From the NCBI GenBank assembly GCA_014905635.1, contig JABVCE010000037.1, positions 186,001 through 250,000 of the forward strand: a DNA stretch of 64,000 nt. The letters are read 5' to 3'. This DNA comes from Scenedesmus sp. PABB004. Lineage: Eukaryota. The notes beneath the pieces were generated by a model that was not told the DNA's origin, ran no database searches, and saw nothing but the letters and a program-made list of their open reading frames with translations. Positions 49,577 through 63,047 of this stretch are shown here, one piece after another. How positions within the stretch are numbered: position 1 is the stretch's first letter; each line of letters opens with the position of its first letter. The position numbers were made by a program, and so were the translations under genes.

Positions 49577-50692
49577 CCCGCCGCAGATCGGGTTTGGCAT
49601 CTCCGTCACCCAGGGCTACGGCCTGGTGCTGCTGCGTGCCCCAAACGCCCCCAGCGGCTGGTGCGGCGCGGCCACGCGGCGCGGCTGCGCCGGCAAACGC
49701 GACGGCGGCCGCCAGCGCGGCGCAACTGACCGCGCCGCGCCGGCGCCGCGCCAGGTCGGCCCCACTGCCGCTCAAGGTGGACGGCTTCAGCATGGGCGCC
49801 GTGGTGGGATACAGCGAGCAGCACACGCTGCTGCTGCTCACCAGCAACGAGGAGGTCGCGGGCTTTGCCAACGTGCGCCGCCGCGCGCACCATGCCGCGC
49901 CGCCGCCCGCAGCCGCCGTGCCGCCGCCGCCGCTGCTCCGCCTGCAGCTACGTGCGCGCGCGCCGCGCCGCGCCACGACCGCGCGCCCGCGCGCCCGCAC
50001 CCGCACCCCGCACGCGCGGCTCGCAGGACAAGCGCACGATGCGCGTGGGGCTGGACCTCGGGCTGGCGGTGGGCAAGAAGCTGAACGAGAGCAAGGCGCT
50101 GCACGCGGGGCAGCTCAAGAAAGAGGAGCGCGCGGCGGGGGACAAGGCATTCACCGTCAGCAAGTGCGGCCGCGCGCCGGCGCGGCGGCGCCCGCCCGCC
50201 CGCCCGCCCGCCTGCGCGACGCCGCGGCGGCCCCGGCGCGGCGCGGCGTCACGCGCCGCGCAAGCCCCGCGCACTGCGCCAGCACGCTGCGCAGTTGCGT
50301 GCCGCTGCCGTGCCGCCGGCCGCCTAAACCCTGACCCTAAGCCCTGGGGGGTGTGGCAGGGGCTACATCGTGGATGTGAGCCTCAAGGGCACCAGCGTGG
50401 AGCCCGACAGCGACGACATGGCAGCCGCCTACGGCGAGGGCACCACGCCCGCCGACGTGCTGCAGGCGCGCGCGGCGTGGCGCGGCGCGGCACAACGTGG
50501 CCACGCAGCTGCGCGGCGTGGGCATGCGTGCCCCGGCCGCCCCGGGTGGCCGACGCCGGCCGGTCGGCCCACACTCTCGCCGCCGCGCCGCGTGCGCAGG
50601 GGCGAGTGAAGCCGCCGAGGCAGGCGGCGCTGCTGTACAACGCGCTCGCGGCGATCGAAGGGCGCGTCGGCGCGGCGGCGCCGGGCATCTGA
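49235..50692 (+). CDS. Ysc84 / SYLF lipid- and actin-binding domain protein, 6 exons
   Basis: AKGLVLLRTDK|IGFGISVTQGYGLVLLR...GW|SAP, GFSMGAVVG, GYIVDVSLKGTSV...AAYG...DVLQ|GRVKPP...LYNAL. Confidence 0.82.
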
Positions 50693-51320
50693 CCACGCGC
50701 ACGGCGGGGGCGGGCGGTGGCCGAGGGGAGGGGGGATCTAGGGGGGGGGGATCTGTCGGGGCATGCGATGATGGCGGCGCGTGTGCGCGAACCGCGCGGT
50801 CCGGGTGCGTTACAAGTGCGTATAGCGCGGCCCGCCACACCGCGTCGGCCGATGCGGCCCCAGACGGCAGCCGCCTGTCGCGCCACGTGGTGGGCGGCGC
50901 CCGGCGGCCAGACTCGCGCGAGTGCTGTTAAGATGGGTCGTCCATTGCCTGCCGACCGGCGTCAAAACCCCCGTCAGCCAAACCCCAGCCCTCGCCCCCC
51001 AGCGCAGCAAGAAACACACATCGTCAGGCAGCACGGCGCACGCACACGCGCGCACGCGCACAGGCCGCCGCCACAGGGCGCGAGGGGGCGCACACAACGC
51101 ACACAACCCGGCGAGCAACGCAGGCGGCGCACGCACGCGCCGCCCGCAGCGCCGCCTCGCGCGGCCGGCGCCGCAGTCAGAGGCGGCCAGGCGGGCACAC
51201 AACGGATATACGACGCGCGCCGCGCGCGCACAACAGGCAAACGAAAGAGGTGATACGCCCGCGCGCGCCGCCCCACGTGGCGGCGGCGGCGGGCCCTGCA
51301 CGCGCCGCGCGGCGCGCGCC

Positions 51321-54300
51321 TCACTTGGCCGCGAGCTGCAGCGCCTCCGCCTCGGCCGCGGTCTCGCGGTCGGCGCCGCTCGGGAGCTTGCCGACCGGCT
51401 TGCTGTGGTGGTTGGAGGCGAGGGCGCCGTAGAAGATGTACAGCGCTGTGTGTGATTGGGTGTGTGTGTGGGGGGGAGGGGTGGGGGGGGGGGTGTGGGG
51501 GGGGGGGGGTGAGAGAGTGCGAGGGCGTGGAGGGAGGGAGCGCGGCGGCAGGGGCGCACCCGTGACGGCGGCGGTCCACACGCCGAAGCGGATGTACGCG
51601 TCGCGGTCGAGCTGGCCCAGCAGGAAGGTGTTGAGGCCCTGGGTGGGTGGGGGGTGGGGGTGTGTGACAAGGGTTTTAGGGTTGGAGAGGGAGGGGAGGG
51701 GGGAGGTGAGAGGGGGCGTGTAAGAGGGCGAGGCGAGAGCGCGTGCGAGGTGAGAGAGTGTGCGAGGGCGGGGAGGAGGAGGGAGGAGGGAGGAGGGGCC
51801 GGAGGCGGCGGCGTGCGCGGCGCGCGCGGCGCACCACGGACACCGCGGGCACGAAGGGGAAGAGCGGCGCGCCTGCGGGAGGGGAGGGAGCCCGGGGGGG
51901 GGGGGGGGCAGTGAGCAGCCAACAGGTGTCGCGGGGCGCCGCACACAGGCCCCGCGCGCGCGCACGCCCCGCGCGCAGGCCGCAGGGCCTGCGCGCGCGC
52001 AGGCCCCCCGCCGCGCGCAGGCCCCGCGCCGCGCAGGCCGCCGCCGCCGCCGCACCGTAGCTGGCCGGGCGCGTGCCGGACCGGAAGATGGCAAAGAGGG
52101 CAAAGACCGACACCACAAACGCGGCGCCACACACGACCATGCCCACCCAGGCGCCAGGCATGACCCAGTAGAGGATGGTCAGCGCTGCGCGGCGCGGGGG
52201 CGTTAGTTTGGGTGGGTGTTAGTTTGGGTGTTATCTGGGACGTTAACTTTGGCGTTGTCGGTTGACGTTGTGGCAGCGCGCCGAGCGCGCGCGCGAGCCC
52301 GCAGGCCGCGCCGGCGCGGCGGCGGGGTGACGCCCCGCCCAGCCCGCGCGCCCGCAGACGCCGCCCCCGCCGCCCCCCAACCCAGAACCTTGCCGCCGGG
52401 CTCTCACCGACGCAGGAGGCGACCATCACGAACAGCAGCCCCGCGAGCGTCGCGTTGCGGCCGCGCGCGCCGCCGGGGACGTAGCAGCGCTTCCACATCA
52501 GCGCGAGCGCGACGATCCAGAACGCAAAGAGCGTGGAGATGGACACCTGTGGCACGGGCGCAAGGGGCGGTTGTGTTAGTTGTGTTAGTTGTGGACTGTT
52601 AGTTCTGGTTTTCGAGGTTCGACCCCATGTCGCGCGCGAGCACCACGCGCCCGGCCGAGGGAGGGCGCCGGCGCGCACGCGCCGCGCCTCCCGGCGAGCG
52701 CCCCGCGCCCCGCGGCCCCCGCTCGGCTCGCCCGCCCCGTCCCAGGCCCGGCAAAGCCCTGCGCCCTCCCGCCGCAAACCCCTGCGCCGCCGGCGCCGGC
52801 GGCGGCGCACCATGTTGAGCAGCTCGTCAAAGGAGGTGAAGAGGGCGATCACGGCGGTCGCGATGCCGCACAGCCCGGTGGCGACCCAGGGCGTGCCGAA
52901 GCGGGGGTGCACCTGCGGCGCGCGCGTGCGGGCGCGTGTGTGTTCGCGGGCGTGGTGTGTGTGCGCGTGTGCGCGTGTGCGCGTGTGCGCGTGCGCGTGT
53001 GCGTGCGGCGCGTGCGTGTGGGGGGGGGGGGGGGAGGCGAGGCGGGGTGCAGGGCGTGTGGTGCGTGCCGCCGCGGCGCACGCGCCTTGGCGAGGAAGGG
53101 GGCAGCAGGTGCTGCCGCGCGACGGCGGCGATGATGCGCGACACCTGGCCCGCGGAGGGCGCGGGGCGCGGGCGGCGTGCCAGGGTTTGAGGGTCCCACG
53201 GGTTGAATCGGGCGGCGCAGTGCGCGGCGGCGCAGTGCGCGGCGGCGCAGTGCGCGGCGGCGCAGTGCGCGGCGGCGCAGTGCGCGGCGGCGCAGTGCGC
53301 GGCGGCGCAGTGCGCGGCGGCGCAGTGCGCGGCGGCGCAGTGCGCGGCGGGGCGCAGCGCGGGCGGCGCGCCGCGCACCGCAAACATGCCGACGAGCGTG
53401 CCGGTGATGATGCCCAGCAGCGCGCCTGCGCGGCGGGGCGGGGGCGGGGCCGCGGCCAGGGTCGGGCGGGGCGGGGGCGCGGCGGCGCGCGCACACGGCC
53501 CGCCCCCCTGCCCTCGCGCGCCGGCCCGCGCGCCCGCCAAGAGGCTCAAGCCTAAACCCAGCGGCAGCGCCCCGCGCACCGAGCGCCACGATGTAGCGTG
53601 CCCAGTCCATGCCGGCGTATTTGAACGCCGCGGCAAAGCTCGCGCCCTCGGACATCGCCGACAGCGGCACCTGCGGGCACGCGCGTTTGTGGGCAGGTGG
53701 GAGGGTGGGTGGGAGCGTGGGTGGGTGGGTGGGTGGGTGGGTGTGAGGGGAGGGGGTGAAAAGGAGGGCGCGGGGCGGCGGCGTGCGCGCGGTGTGCGCG
53801 CGGGCGGCGCGGTCCCGAGCGCCGCCGCAGCGCAACAACACAAAACCACAAAACTAACACAAAAACCAACACAAAAGCAGCGCCCCGCGCGCACCATCAT
53901 GACGAGCACGGCGGCCATGAGCACGTAGCAGATCGTGACGACGCCGAGCGCGCCGAGGATGCCGAGCGGGAGGTCGCGCTTGGGGTTTTTCACCTCCTCC
54001 GCGCTCGTCGCGACGGCGTCAAAGCCTGGGCGGCGACGGGGACGCGGCGGAGGCCAAGGCGGCGGCGGCACACGTGAGCGCGCTGGCGGCGGCCGCGGCG
54101 CTTGCCGCGGCGGCTTGCCTCAACCCGTGCCCCTGCCTAAGCCCTCATCCCTGAACTCCCAGCCCTGAACCCTCAGCCCTGAACCCTCAGCCCTGAACCC
54201 AGCCCTAAACCCTGAAGCCAGCCCTAAACCCTTGCGCGCACCGATGTATGAGAAGAAGACGATGGCCGCGCCGTTGAAGATGCCCTTGGAGCCTGCGGGG

Positions 54301-56942
54301 CGGGGGAGGAGAGGAGAGGAGAGGGGGGGGGGGGCGTGCGTGAGGAGGAGGGGGCGGCGGCGCGCAGGGGAGCGGGAGGGGAGCGAGAGGGGGAATGAGG
54401 TGCGCGCGGCCTCCCGCGCAGCGCTGCGCCGCGCGCGGGGCTCGCCATAGGGGAAGAAGGGCTGCGCGTTGGCGGGCTTGGCCTTGACAAAGCCCGCCTG
54501 GCGGGGAGGGAGGTGGCGGTGGTGGTGGTGGAGCGGTCAGCGGGCGCGGGCGGGGGCGCGAGCACCGGTGCGCGCCGCGCGCGGCCGCCGCATCGACTCG
54601 ACTCATTGAGTTCAAATCAAACGCGGAAAAACAAGCTAATGTGTTACTAACGCTCACGATGATGATGAAAACGACGAGGACGACGTGGACGATGGTCACC
54701 ACCTGGGCAGGAGGAGGCGTGGGGGAGGGGGGCGGCGCGGCCGGCGCCGGCGTCAGCGCGCGCGCGCCGCCTGCAGCGCCCCGCCGCTGCGGGCCCCGCC
54801 CCCGTCCTGCTGCGAGTGCCTGCCTCGCCCCACACAAGAGGGGTTTCTAACCAGCCGCCGCTGCGCGCGCACCAGGTTGAACATCGCGCTCTCCTTGGTC
54901 CCCAGGATGAGCAGGCAGGTCAGCAGCAGCACCCAGCCAAACGCAAACCTGGGGGCGCGCCGCGGCGGCGGCGACGGCGGCGGCGGCGGCGGCGGCGGCC
55001 GGGCGCGCTGCCGTGAGCGGCGCGCGCGCGCGGACGCGCGCCCCGGCCGAGCCCAGCCCACAGCTCGCCACACGCACGCACGCACGCACGCACGCACGGC
55101 CGGCACACGCGCACGCAGCCAGGCACGCGCACACACGGTCAGGGCCACCACACGCAGCCAGGCACAGTCAGACGCCAGGCACAGTCAGACAGACACGCAG
55201 TCGTACACAGGGTCGCGCGCCGCAGCGCGCGGTCACGCTCACCAGTCGAGCGTGAAGGCCTTGTATGGCGTGACGAGGGAGCCCTCGGGGTAGTTGATGA
55301 GCTGCTCAAAGTACCTGCACGGCGGCGCGGCCGCGACCACGCGGCGGCGCGGCGCGGCGCGGGGGGGCTCAGGGCTCTAGAAGTTCAGGGGCGTCGCCGG
55401 CCGAAGTGCGTCGCCGGCTGGCGTGACAAAAAAATGACGGCGTGACGGCGCGCGCGCGGCCGCTCACGGCGAGAAGCCTCTGATGACGGCGGCGTTGGCG
55501 AGGATGTACTCGAGGATGAGGTTGGCCACCTGCCCCGGGGTTTAGGGCGGCACGGGGCGGCAGGGTTTAGGGCGGCAGGGTTTGGGGCGGCGCGGAGCAA
55601 CGGGGGCCAGCGCGGCGCAGCTGCTGCTGTTGCCGCCGCTGCCGCCGCTGCCGCCGCTGCCGCAGCTGCTGCTGTTGCCGCCGCTGCCGCCGCTGCCGCC
55701 GCTGCCGCCGCTGCCGCCGCTGCGCCGCTGCCGCCGCCGCTGCTGCCGCTGCTGCCGCGGTGGCGCACCGTGATCCAGGCGAGGTACTCGCCAAACACTG
55801 AGGGGGGCGGCGGGGCGGCGGGGCGTGCGTCGTGTGTGGGAGCGCGCGTGGTGTGTGTGTGAGGGGCATGCGCGGGCGGCGCAGCGCCGTGCGCGGCCGG
55901 CGGCCCAGCTGCGGCCACGCGCGCGCGCGCTGGCCGCGGCCCCGCCGCCGCGGCACGAGCCCCACACAGCCGCCCGCCGCGCGCCGCCGAGGGTTTGAAA
56001 GGGGTTAAACCCTGCGCACCGGCGTTGATGTAGGAGTATGCGCCGCCGCTGAGGGGCATGTTGGCAGAAAACTCTGTGGCGGCCGGGCGGGCGGGCGGGC
56101 GCGCCGGGCGCGTCGGCACGGCGGGGGCGGCGGCGGCGAGGTGCGCGGCGCGGCGGCTCACCCGCGTAGCAGAGGGAGCTGAGCAGCGCGCTGATGCCGG
56201 CGACCACAAAGGACAGGATGACGGCCGGGCTGCGCAAAGGGGGGCGAAGGAGAGCGGGGGAGAGCGGAGGGCGGCGTGAGCGGGGAGAGGAGTGCGCGAG
56301 TGCGCAAGAAGCGCGGGGCGCGGGGCGCGGCGTGCGCCGCCGCCGCACCCCGCGTCGGTGGCGGCGACCGCGCCGGTCGTCACGAACACGCCAGCGCCCT
56401 GCGGCGCGGCGGCGGGGCGCGCGGGGCGGCGCGTGATGCGCGGCTCCGCCAGCTGGCGCGGCGCGGCGCGCGGCAGCGGCGCCGTGCGCTGCTGCGCTGC
56501 TGCTTGCAGGACGGCGCGCGGAGGCGGCGGCGCACCAGCATGATGCCGATGCCGATGCAGACGAGGTCGAAGGCACCCTGCGCGGCGCGGCGGCGTTGCA
56601 GCATCGCGGCGGCGGCACCGGCGGTGAGGAGCGGCGGCGGCGTCGACCGTGCGCGCGCGGGAGCGGTCCTCCCCGATCCCGCCAGCCTCCCCGACACGGC
56701 CGCGAGGGGGCCCTGAGCTGCGCAGCAGCGGAGGGGCCCGCAGTGCCAGCGCGGCAGCATCGGCCTCCCGGCCGCACCAGGCAGCGCTTCATCTCGGCGC
56801 CGCCCTCGGCCTTCTGCGCGTTCTGCTCATCGAGGTCGGCCGTGGCAAAGGCGCGCCCCGCGACGATCTTGGGAAACTTGGCCAGCTGCCTGAGGTAGGC
56901 GCCCCCCGAGGGGAAGCCGAACACGGTCTCCGCGAAGCCCAT
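51321..56942 (-). CDS. Cationic amino-acid transporter (APC superfamily, CAT family), many exons
   Basis: EMKRCL|GAFDLVCIGIGIML, GVFVTTG, AVILSFVVAGISALLSSLCY, GGAYSY, GFDAVATSAEEVKNPKRDLPLGI, VSISTLFAF, PLFPFVPA. Confidence 0.93.
53211..53350. repeat. Intronic 15-bp minisatellite (GGCGGCGCAGTGCGC), ~9 copies
   Basis: Directly visible. Confidence 0.92.
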
Positions 56943-58022
56943 GTCGCTCCCGGGACCGGGCGGCGCCGCCGGGCGGCAGCTGGCGCGGGGTGGTGGGCTG
57001 CTGCTGCTGCCGGCGGGCTGCCGGGGCTGCTGCGCGCGGGGAGGCCGCTCCGGGAGCGGGGCGCGATGCGGGAGTGCGACGCGAGGCGCGGGCGGGGCTG
57101 CTGAGGGCAGCGGCGGCGCGGCGCGCCGGTCGCGACGGCGCCGCGGCGGCGGCGTGGTGACGGCAAACCCTGCCGCAGCGAGAGTACCCTCTGCAGCGCG
57201 AGCACCCGAGTTGCCCGGCGCACACGCGATGGCGATGCGTGCGCCACGCCGCCGAGCTGCCGGCGGGCGCCGGCGCCGCCGCCAGCCGCGCGCCGACACG
57301 CGGCACGCCCGGCGCGGCCGCGCGGGCGGCAGCAGCATGCGCTGCTGCGCCCTGAACCCCTGAACCCCTGAATGGTACACCGGCCGAGGCGGCCCCCAAA
57401 AATGCGAGAGATGAGCAGGCCCCCTGCAGCGCGGCGCCGCCCGGGCGCGCGTCACTCTGCACCGTTGAACATCCACGCCAGCACGCGCCGCGCGCCTCCC
57501 ACGGCGGCCGCCCGTCCTGGCCTGCGGGGTGGTGGCGGGCAGGGCGGCGCGGCGCGGGCGGCGTGAGCCGACGACGGCGCCGGGCAGCAGCAGGCATGCC
57601 ACGCCGCGGACCCCAGGCCCGACGGGGCGGGTTGGCGGCCGATGGTGTTTGTTGCGACCAGGCAGTTACTGCACAGTGTGCCTGTCACGCGCGGCCGCAG
57701 ACACAGTGCTGAGAGAACAAATGCAAAAGAAGGAACAGCACGCAGCACAGCACAGCACACGGCACACACCCGCGCGCGCTTGCACAGCGCGGGCGCGGCC
57801 GCCCTGGCCGCGCCAAGTCGACCCACGCACATCCTGCAACCCACGGTGAGCCGCCGCCCACCAGCACCACCACCGAGGCTGCGCGCGCCTACGCCAACGC
57901 GCGCGCAGAGGGGGGGCCGCACGCCCGCGGCCCCAAAACCTCGGTCCGGAGAGGCGGCGCCCCTGTCCGAGCGGCGGGGCTGCTCAGAGCTGCTCAGAGC
58001 TCCTCAAAGCTGGCCAAAATGG

Positions 58023-58309
58023 TCATCGCATCCTGCCGCGCGGCTGCCGCGCCCTGCTGCTGCTGCGGCGGCTGCTGCTGCGGCTGCGCCGCAAACGTGC
58101 CGGCGCGGGCGCTGACACGACTGTGTACGTGCCGCCGCTGCCGCTCCCGCTGCCGCTGCTGCTGCCGCTGCTGCTCCAAACGTCGCCGCTGCTGCTCGCG
58201 CTCGCCGCCTTGGCCCGTGCGCCGAGCGCGGCGCCCGCCGCAGCGACGCCCGCCGGCTGCGGCTCCTTGCCCTGGCTGCTGCTGCTGCCGGGCGCGCGCG
58301 GTGCAGCGT

Positions 58310-58340
<31 letters not shown>

Positions 58341-61300
58341 GGCGGCGGCTGGCGCTGGCGCGCTGCCGCTGTCGCCGCCACCTGTGGCGTGCGCGTGTTT
58401 GGTGTGGGAGGCGGCGTGTGCGGCGGGCGTCAGTGATCGGCCGCCGCTGCCGCGCCGCGTTTGGTGCTGCCGCCGCTGCCGCCGCTGCTGCTGCCGCCAC
58501 CGCCCGCGCGGGCGCGCGCGCGCGATGGCTCGGCGCGCAACCGAAACACAAACACAAAACACAACAGCCACGCAACAGCACATGATGCAGCACGGCCGCG
58601 TGTGCAGGTGTGCGCAGTGCAGGAGCGCGGCCCCGGCCACGCGCGGCGAGTGCGCCGGCGCTCGCGCACGCCAGCCGGCCGGGCGGCCGCCCCACGCCCG
58701 CCGGCAGCCCCTCAAACACCCAGGCGCTCACCTTTGCGCTGCGCGTTGGCGCCCGCAGCCATGCCCACAGCGTCGACCACGCGCGCGCCGCCGGCAGCTC
58801 CGGCGCCCGCAGCTCCGGCGCCCGCCGCTGCGGCGCCCGCCATGGCCACGCTGCCGGCGCCCGCCGCGGCGCCGGCTGGCTGCAGCTGCTGCGCGCCCGG
58901 CTGCTGCTCCGCGCCCGCTCCCGCGCCCGCGCCCGCGGCGCCGCCGCCGGCGGCGCCGCCGCCCTTGCTGGCACTGCCGCCGCTGCTCTTGGCGCCGCCG
59001 GCGCTGCCCGCCTTGGCCGCGCCGCCGGTGCTGCCGCCCTCGCGGCCGGGCGGCGCGGCGCCGCCGCTGCTGCCGTTGGCGCCGCCGTTGGCGCCGCCGC
59101 CGCCGCTGCTGCCGTTGGCGCCGCCGCTGCTGCTCTCCCGGCTGCTGCTGCCCACGGGCACGGCGTCGACGTCGACCGAGTCGACCACCTGCGGCGCGGC
59201 GCGGGCCGCGGCGCGCGCCGCGTCAGCAGCAGCGGACGGCGCGCCGCCGCGCTGCCCCACCGCCGCCCGCGCAGCCCCGCCGCGCGCACAGCCCCGCCCG
59301 CAGCGCCCCGCCGCCCGCGGCGCCCCATCGCCCCGCGCGCAGCCCCATCGCCCCGCGCGCCTGCACGGTGATGGGCATGCCGCCGCCGCCCATGCCGCCG
59401 CCGCCGTAGCGCCCGCCGCCCATGCCCGGCGGCGGGAGCAGGCCGGGCAGCAGGCGCGGGAGCAGCGGGTTGGCCAGCCCGTCGCCCTCGACCTCAAACA
59501 CGGTGCGCGGCTGCGCGAGCTTCGCGCCGTTGCGCTCCACGCAGTCCACAAACGCCAGCAGCAGGTCCTGCGCCGCCGGGTGGGCCGGCGTCGGCGGCGG
59601 CGGAGCCGGCGCGGCCGGCAGCACACGCCCGCGCCGCGCCCCGCGCGCCACAGCAGCCCTGCCCCCGCCCCCCAGGCCGCCCGCCCGCCACGCTCAAGCC
59701 GCCCGCCCGCGTTCGAGCCGCCCGCCCGGCCGCCCGCGTTTGAACGTTTGAACGTGTGAGCGTTTGGACGTTCGAACCGCCGCACCTGCTTGATCGCCAT
59801 GAACGCGTCGCGGTTGCTCGCCTCGCAGTAGAAACTGACGTAGATCTTGACGTCATCAAGGGAGATCTTGTCGAGGAAGACGCGGCGGTGGAGCTTGTTC
59901 ATGATGCGGCCGTCGTTGCGCACGATGCGGCGGATGTCCTGCGCGGCGTGTGTGCAGGTGGGTGTGGGTGGGTGTGGGCGGGTGTGGGGGTGTGGGCGGG
60001 TGTGGTTTGGTGGGAGAGAGGGAGGGAGGGAGGGAGGGCGGGAGGGAGAGAGGGGAGAGAGAGAGAGAGAGGGAGGGAGGGAGGGAGGGAGAGGGAGGGA
60101 GGGCCGCCGCTGCCCCCTCTCCCCTCGGACACACGCACACGCGCGCCCCGCACACGCGCGCCCCGCACACGCGCACGCACACACGCCCGCCGCGCCCCGC
60201 ACACGCGCCCGCGCCCGACGCGGTCCGCGTCCGCGCCTGTATGATCGCGTTGACGCGGTGCACGTCGCCCACGCGCACGCAGAGGTACTCGTGGAAGCGC
60301 CACTCCCGGTTCTTGCGCGAGACGTTGAGCACCGTGTTTTTGCTGAACACGGCGTTGGGGATGACAAACATCTCGCGCTCAAACGACCTGCCGCGTTTGA
60401 ACGGCGGGCGTTTGAACGGCGGCGTTTGAACGGGGGCGGGCGTGCGTTTGGATTGTTTTGGGTTTGGTTTGAGCTTGCGAGGGCGAGTTTGACTCGAGGG
60501 CGAGTGTGCGGGCGGCGCGCGCCCCGCAGCGCCCCGCCGCGCCCCGCCGCGGCCGCGCGCGCCCCGGCCAGCCGTTGTTTGACGCGGCGCGCTGCCGCGA
60601 TTCAAACCCGCGCGCCTCACCGAATGAGCGTGCGGTACCAGCCCACGTCTGTGACGATGCCCTCCACGAGCTGGCCGTTGGGCCGGAAGCACACCTCCTC
60701 GCCCACCTCAAACGGCATCTGCGGCGGCGGCGGTGTGGGTTGATGATGTCGGGCGCAAACGAAGAGAGAGAAGGGGGGAGAGAGGAGGAGGGGGGGGGGC
60801 GCGCGCGCGCGCGCGGCCGCAGCCCCGCCCGGCAAGAGAGCGCGCCCGGCTCAATCGCCCCCGCCGCCTCAAAGCCCCGCCGCCGCCGCCCTAAAACCCC
60901 AAACCCCGGGGCGCGCGCATGCGCCGCACCGTGGTCATGAGCAGCAGGCCGTTCAGCAGGTTCTCGCAGATCTCGCGGCCCGCCAGGCCGATGGCAAGGC
61001 CTCCGATACCTCCGATCGCGAGCACGCTGCGCACCTCCAGGCCGAGCGCCTGCGCGCGGTGGCGGGCAGGCGGCGCGGCGGGCAGGCGGCGCGGCGCGGC
61101 GGGGCGGGGCGGGTCGGCGGCGCCGCGCGGCTCCCGCACGGCTCCGCCCAGCTCCCCCGCCCGCCCTGGCGCTCCCGCGGTTTTACGGAGCCTGTTTAAC
61201 CCCCGCCGGCAGCCACCTGGATGACGAGGACGACAGACACGACGTAGATGCCAAACGTGCCGAGCTTGTCGTATGCCTCCCAGCGCCGCTGGCTCGTCAC

Positions 61301-63047
61301 GTCGCCCTGCATCTCGCACTGCGGCGCGCACACAGTCGCGGACGCGGCGACGACGCGGCGGGGGGAGGGGTAGGTTGTTGGGGGGTGCGCGGGGGCACGG
61401 GCGCGGGGCGCGCGGCTGCCCCAGCCGTGGCGGCGGGCGGGGGGGCGCGCGGCCGCGGCGCGCGGCCGTCGCGGCACGGCGCCGCCGCCGCGGCGCGGCG
61501 CCGCGCCGCGGCGCGCGCGCGCGCGCGCGCGGCGGGCGCGCCTGCCAGGCCTGCTCCTTGCAGAAGCGCGACTTGAGGTTGTACACCACCACCGCCGCGC
61601 CGACGACAAAGCTCATCGACAGCACCGCGCGCACGACGTGCGTCACCGTCGCCTGCGCGGCGCGGGGCGCGCGGGCGCGGCGGGGGTGGGCGCGGGCGTT
61701 TGCTTGCGTGCCCACGAGGGCGCTGCCGGCCCCTCCTCGCGCCTTGGGGACGTTGATGAGCTGCGGCACGAACGAGTCGGCGATGGTGCAGCAGCCGGCG
61801 ATGAAGAGCAGCAGCTCCAGCGGCGAGTACACCTGGCACGCGCGCACGGGCGGTGAGGAGGGGGGGGCGGCGGCGTGAGCGCCGGGCCGCCGCGCGCCTG
61901 CTGCGGCTGCTGCGCCCCGCGGGGCGCGGCCGCGCGACGGCCACGTTCACCACCGCAACACCCTCGCGAGCCAAACGGCACGCAGCGGTCTGCCCGCACA
62001 CGCAGCGGTCTGCCTGCACACGTCACGCCTCCCGCGCACCTCCTTCATCACGTAGTACATCTTGCTCTTGTCCCACTGCACCGGGCTGCTGCTCCAGCGC
62101 GCGAGCACGCGCAGCACGTTGTTCAGCGCGAAGCGCACGAGCAGCAGGCACGCGGTGATGACCAGGAGCTGCCGGAACGCGATCGACCGCGCGATGCGCC
62201 GCACGACCTGGCACCGCGCGCCGGCGCGGCGCGGGGCGCGGCCGGCGGTCGGCGCGGCGCCGCGCGCCGGCTGCTGCCGGCGCCGTCTGCTGCCGGCGCC
62301 GGCCGCTGCTCGGCGCGCGGCGCGCGGCGGGCGGCGGGCGGCGCGCGGCGCGGCGGGCGGCGGACCTTTGCGAACGCGTCGGCAAAGCCCAGGTCGCTCG
62401 TGAGCTGCAGGCTCATCGACGCGAAGAAGAGGCCGCCGAAGAAGAGCAGGCCGAAGATGAGGACGTAGATGGGCTTCAGGCTGAACGGCGCGGGCGGGGC
62501 GCCGCCGGCGCCGCCGGCCGCGTCGGCGCCGCCGCCCGGCGGCGGGCTCGGGCTGCTCGGGCTGCTGCTGCTGCCGCCGCCGGCGCCGGCGCTGCGGGGG
62601 CGGGCGCGGGCGCGGGCGGCGCGTCGTGCGGCGGCGGCGGGGGGCGGGCGCGCGGCGTGGGGGCGCGCGCGCGCCGGAGCAGCGGCGGCGCCGCCGCGCA
62701 GCTGCCCGCATGGCCGCCGTGGGGCGCCGCCGCGGCGGCGCCGGGCTCCCGGCGGCGCCCCCCCGCGGTGCCCCGCGCCCGGCCGGCGCCTGCGCCCACC
62801 TGGGGCCGCCCGCCGCGCCGGCAGGTCCTGCAGAACTGCTGCTACCACCTGCCTGCGCGCCGAGCCTGCTGCCGGCCTCGCGCTGCCCCGGGACGCCTGC
62901 TCGCCGCGGGGGCAGCCCCAGCGGCCGCGGCGCCGGCCCGGCTCGCCGGCGCCCTCGGTGCGCGGCATGCGCGAGCGCGGGCGCCCTACACGTGGGCAGG
63001 CCGCGGCCGGCGCGCGGCAGGGCGCCCCACGCGGGCATGAGCTGCAT
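58023..63047 (-). CDS. MscS-like mechanosensitive channel, probably organellar (MSL2/3-like)
   Basis: SVLAIGGIGGLAIGLAGREICENLLNG, PFEVGEEV, VEGIVTDVGWYRTLIR, FVIPNAVFSKNTVLNVSRK, EWRF. The start (63047) and the last exon are approximate. Confidence 0.9.

Noticed and set aside
54120..54232. Telomere-like array as a chromosome end or fusion scar
   Set aside because: Short, degenerate and inside an intron of an intact gene; covered under the intron-polarity finding.
34397..56942. PBP-like protein and amino-acid transporter as a coupled uptake system
   Set aside because: About 12 kb and several unrelated genes apart; CAT-family transporters do not need binding proteins.
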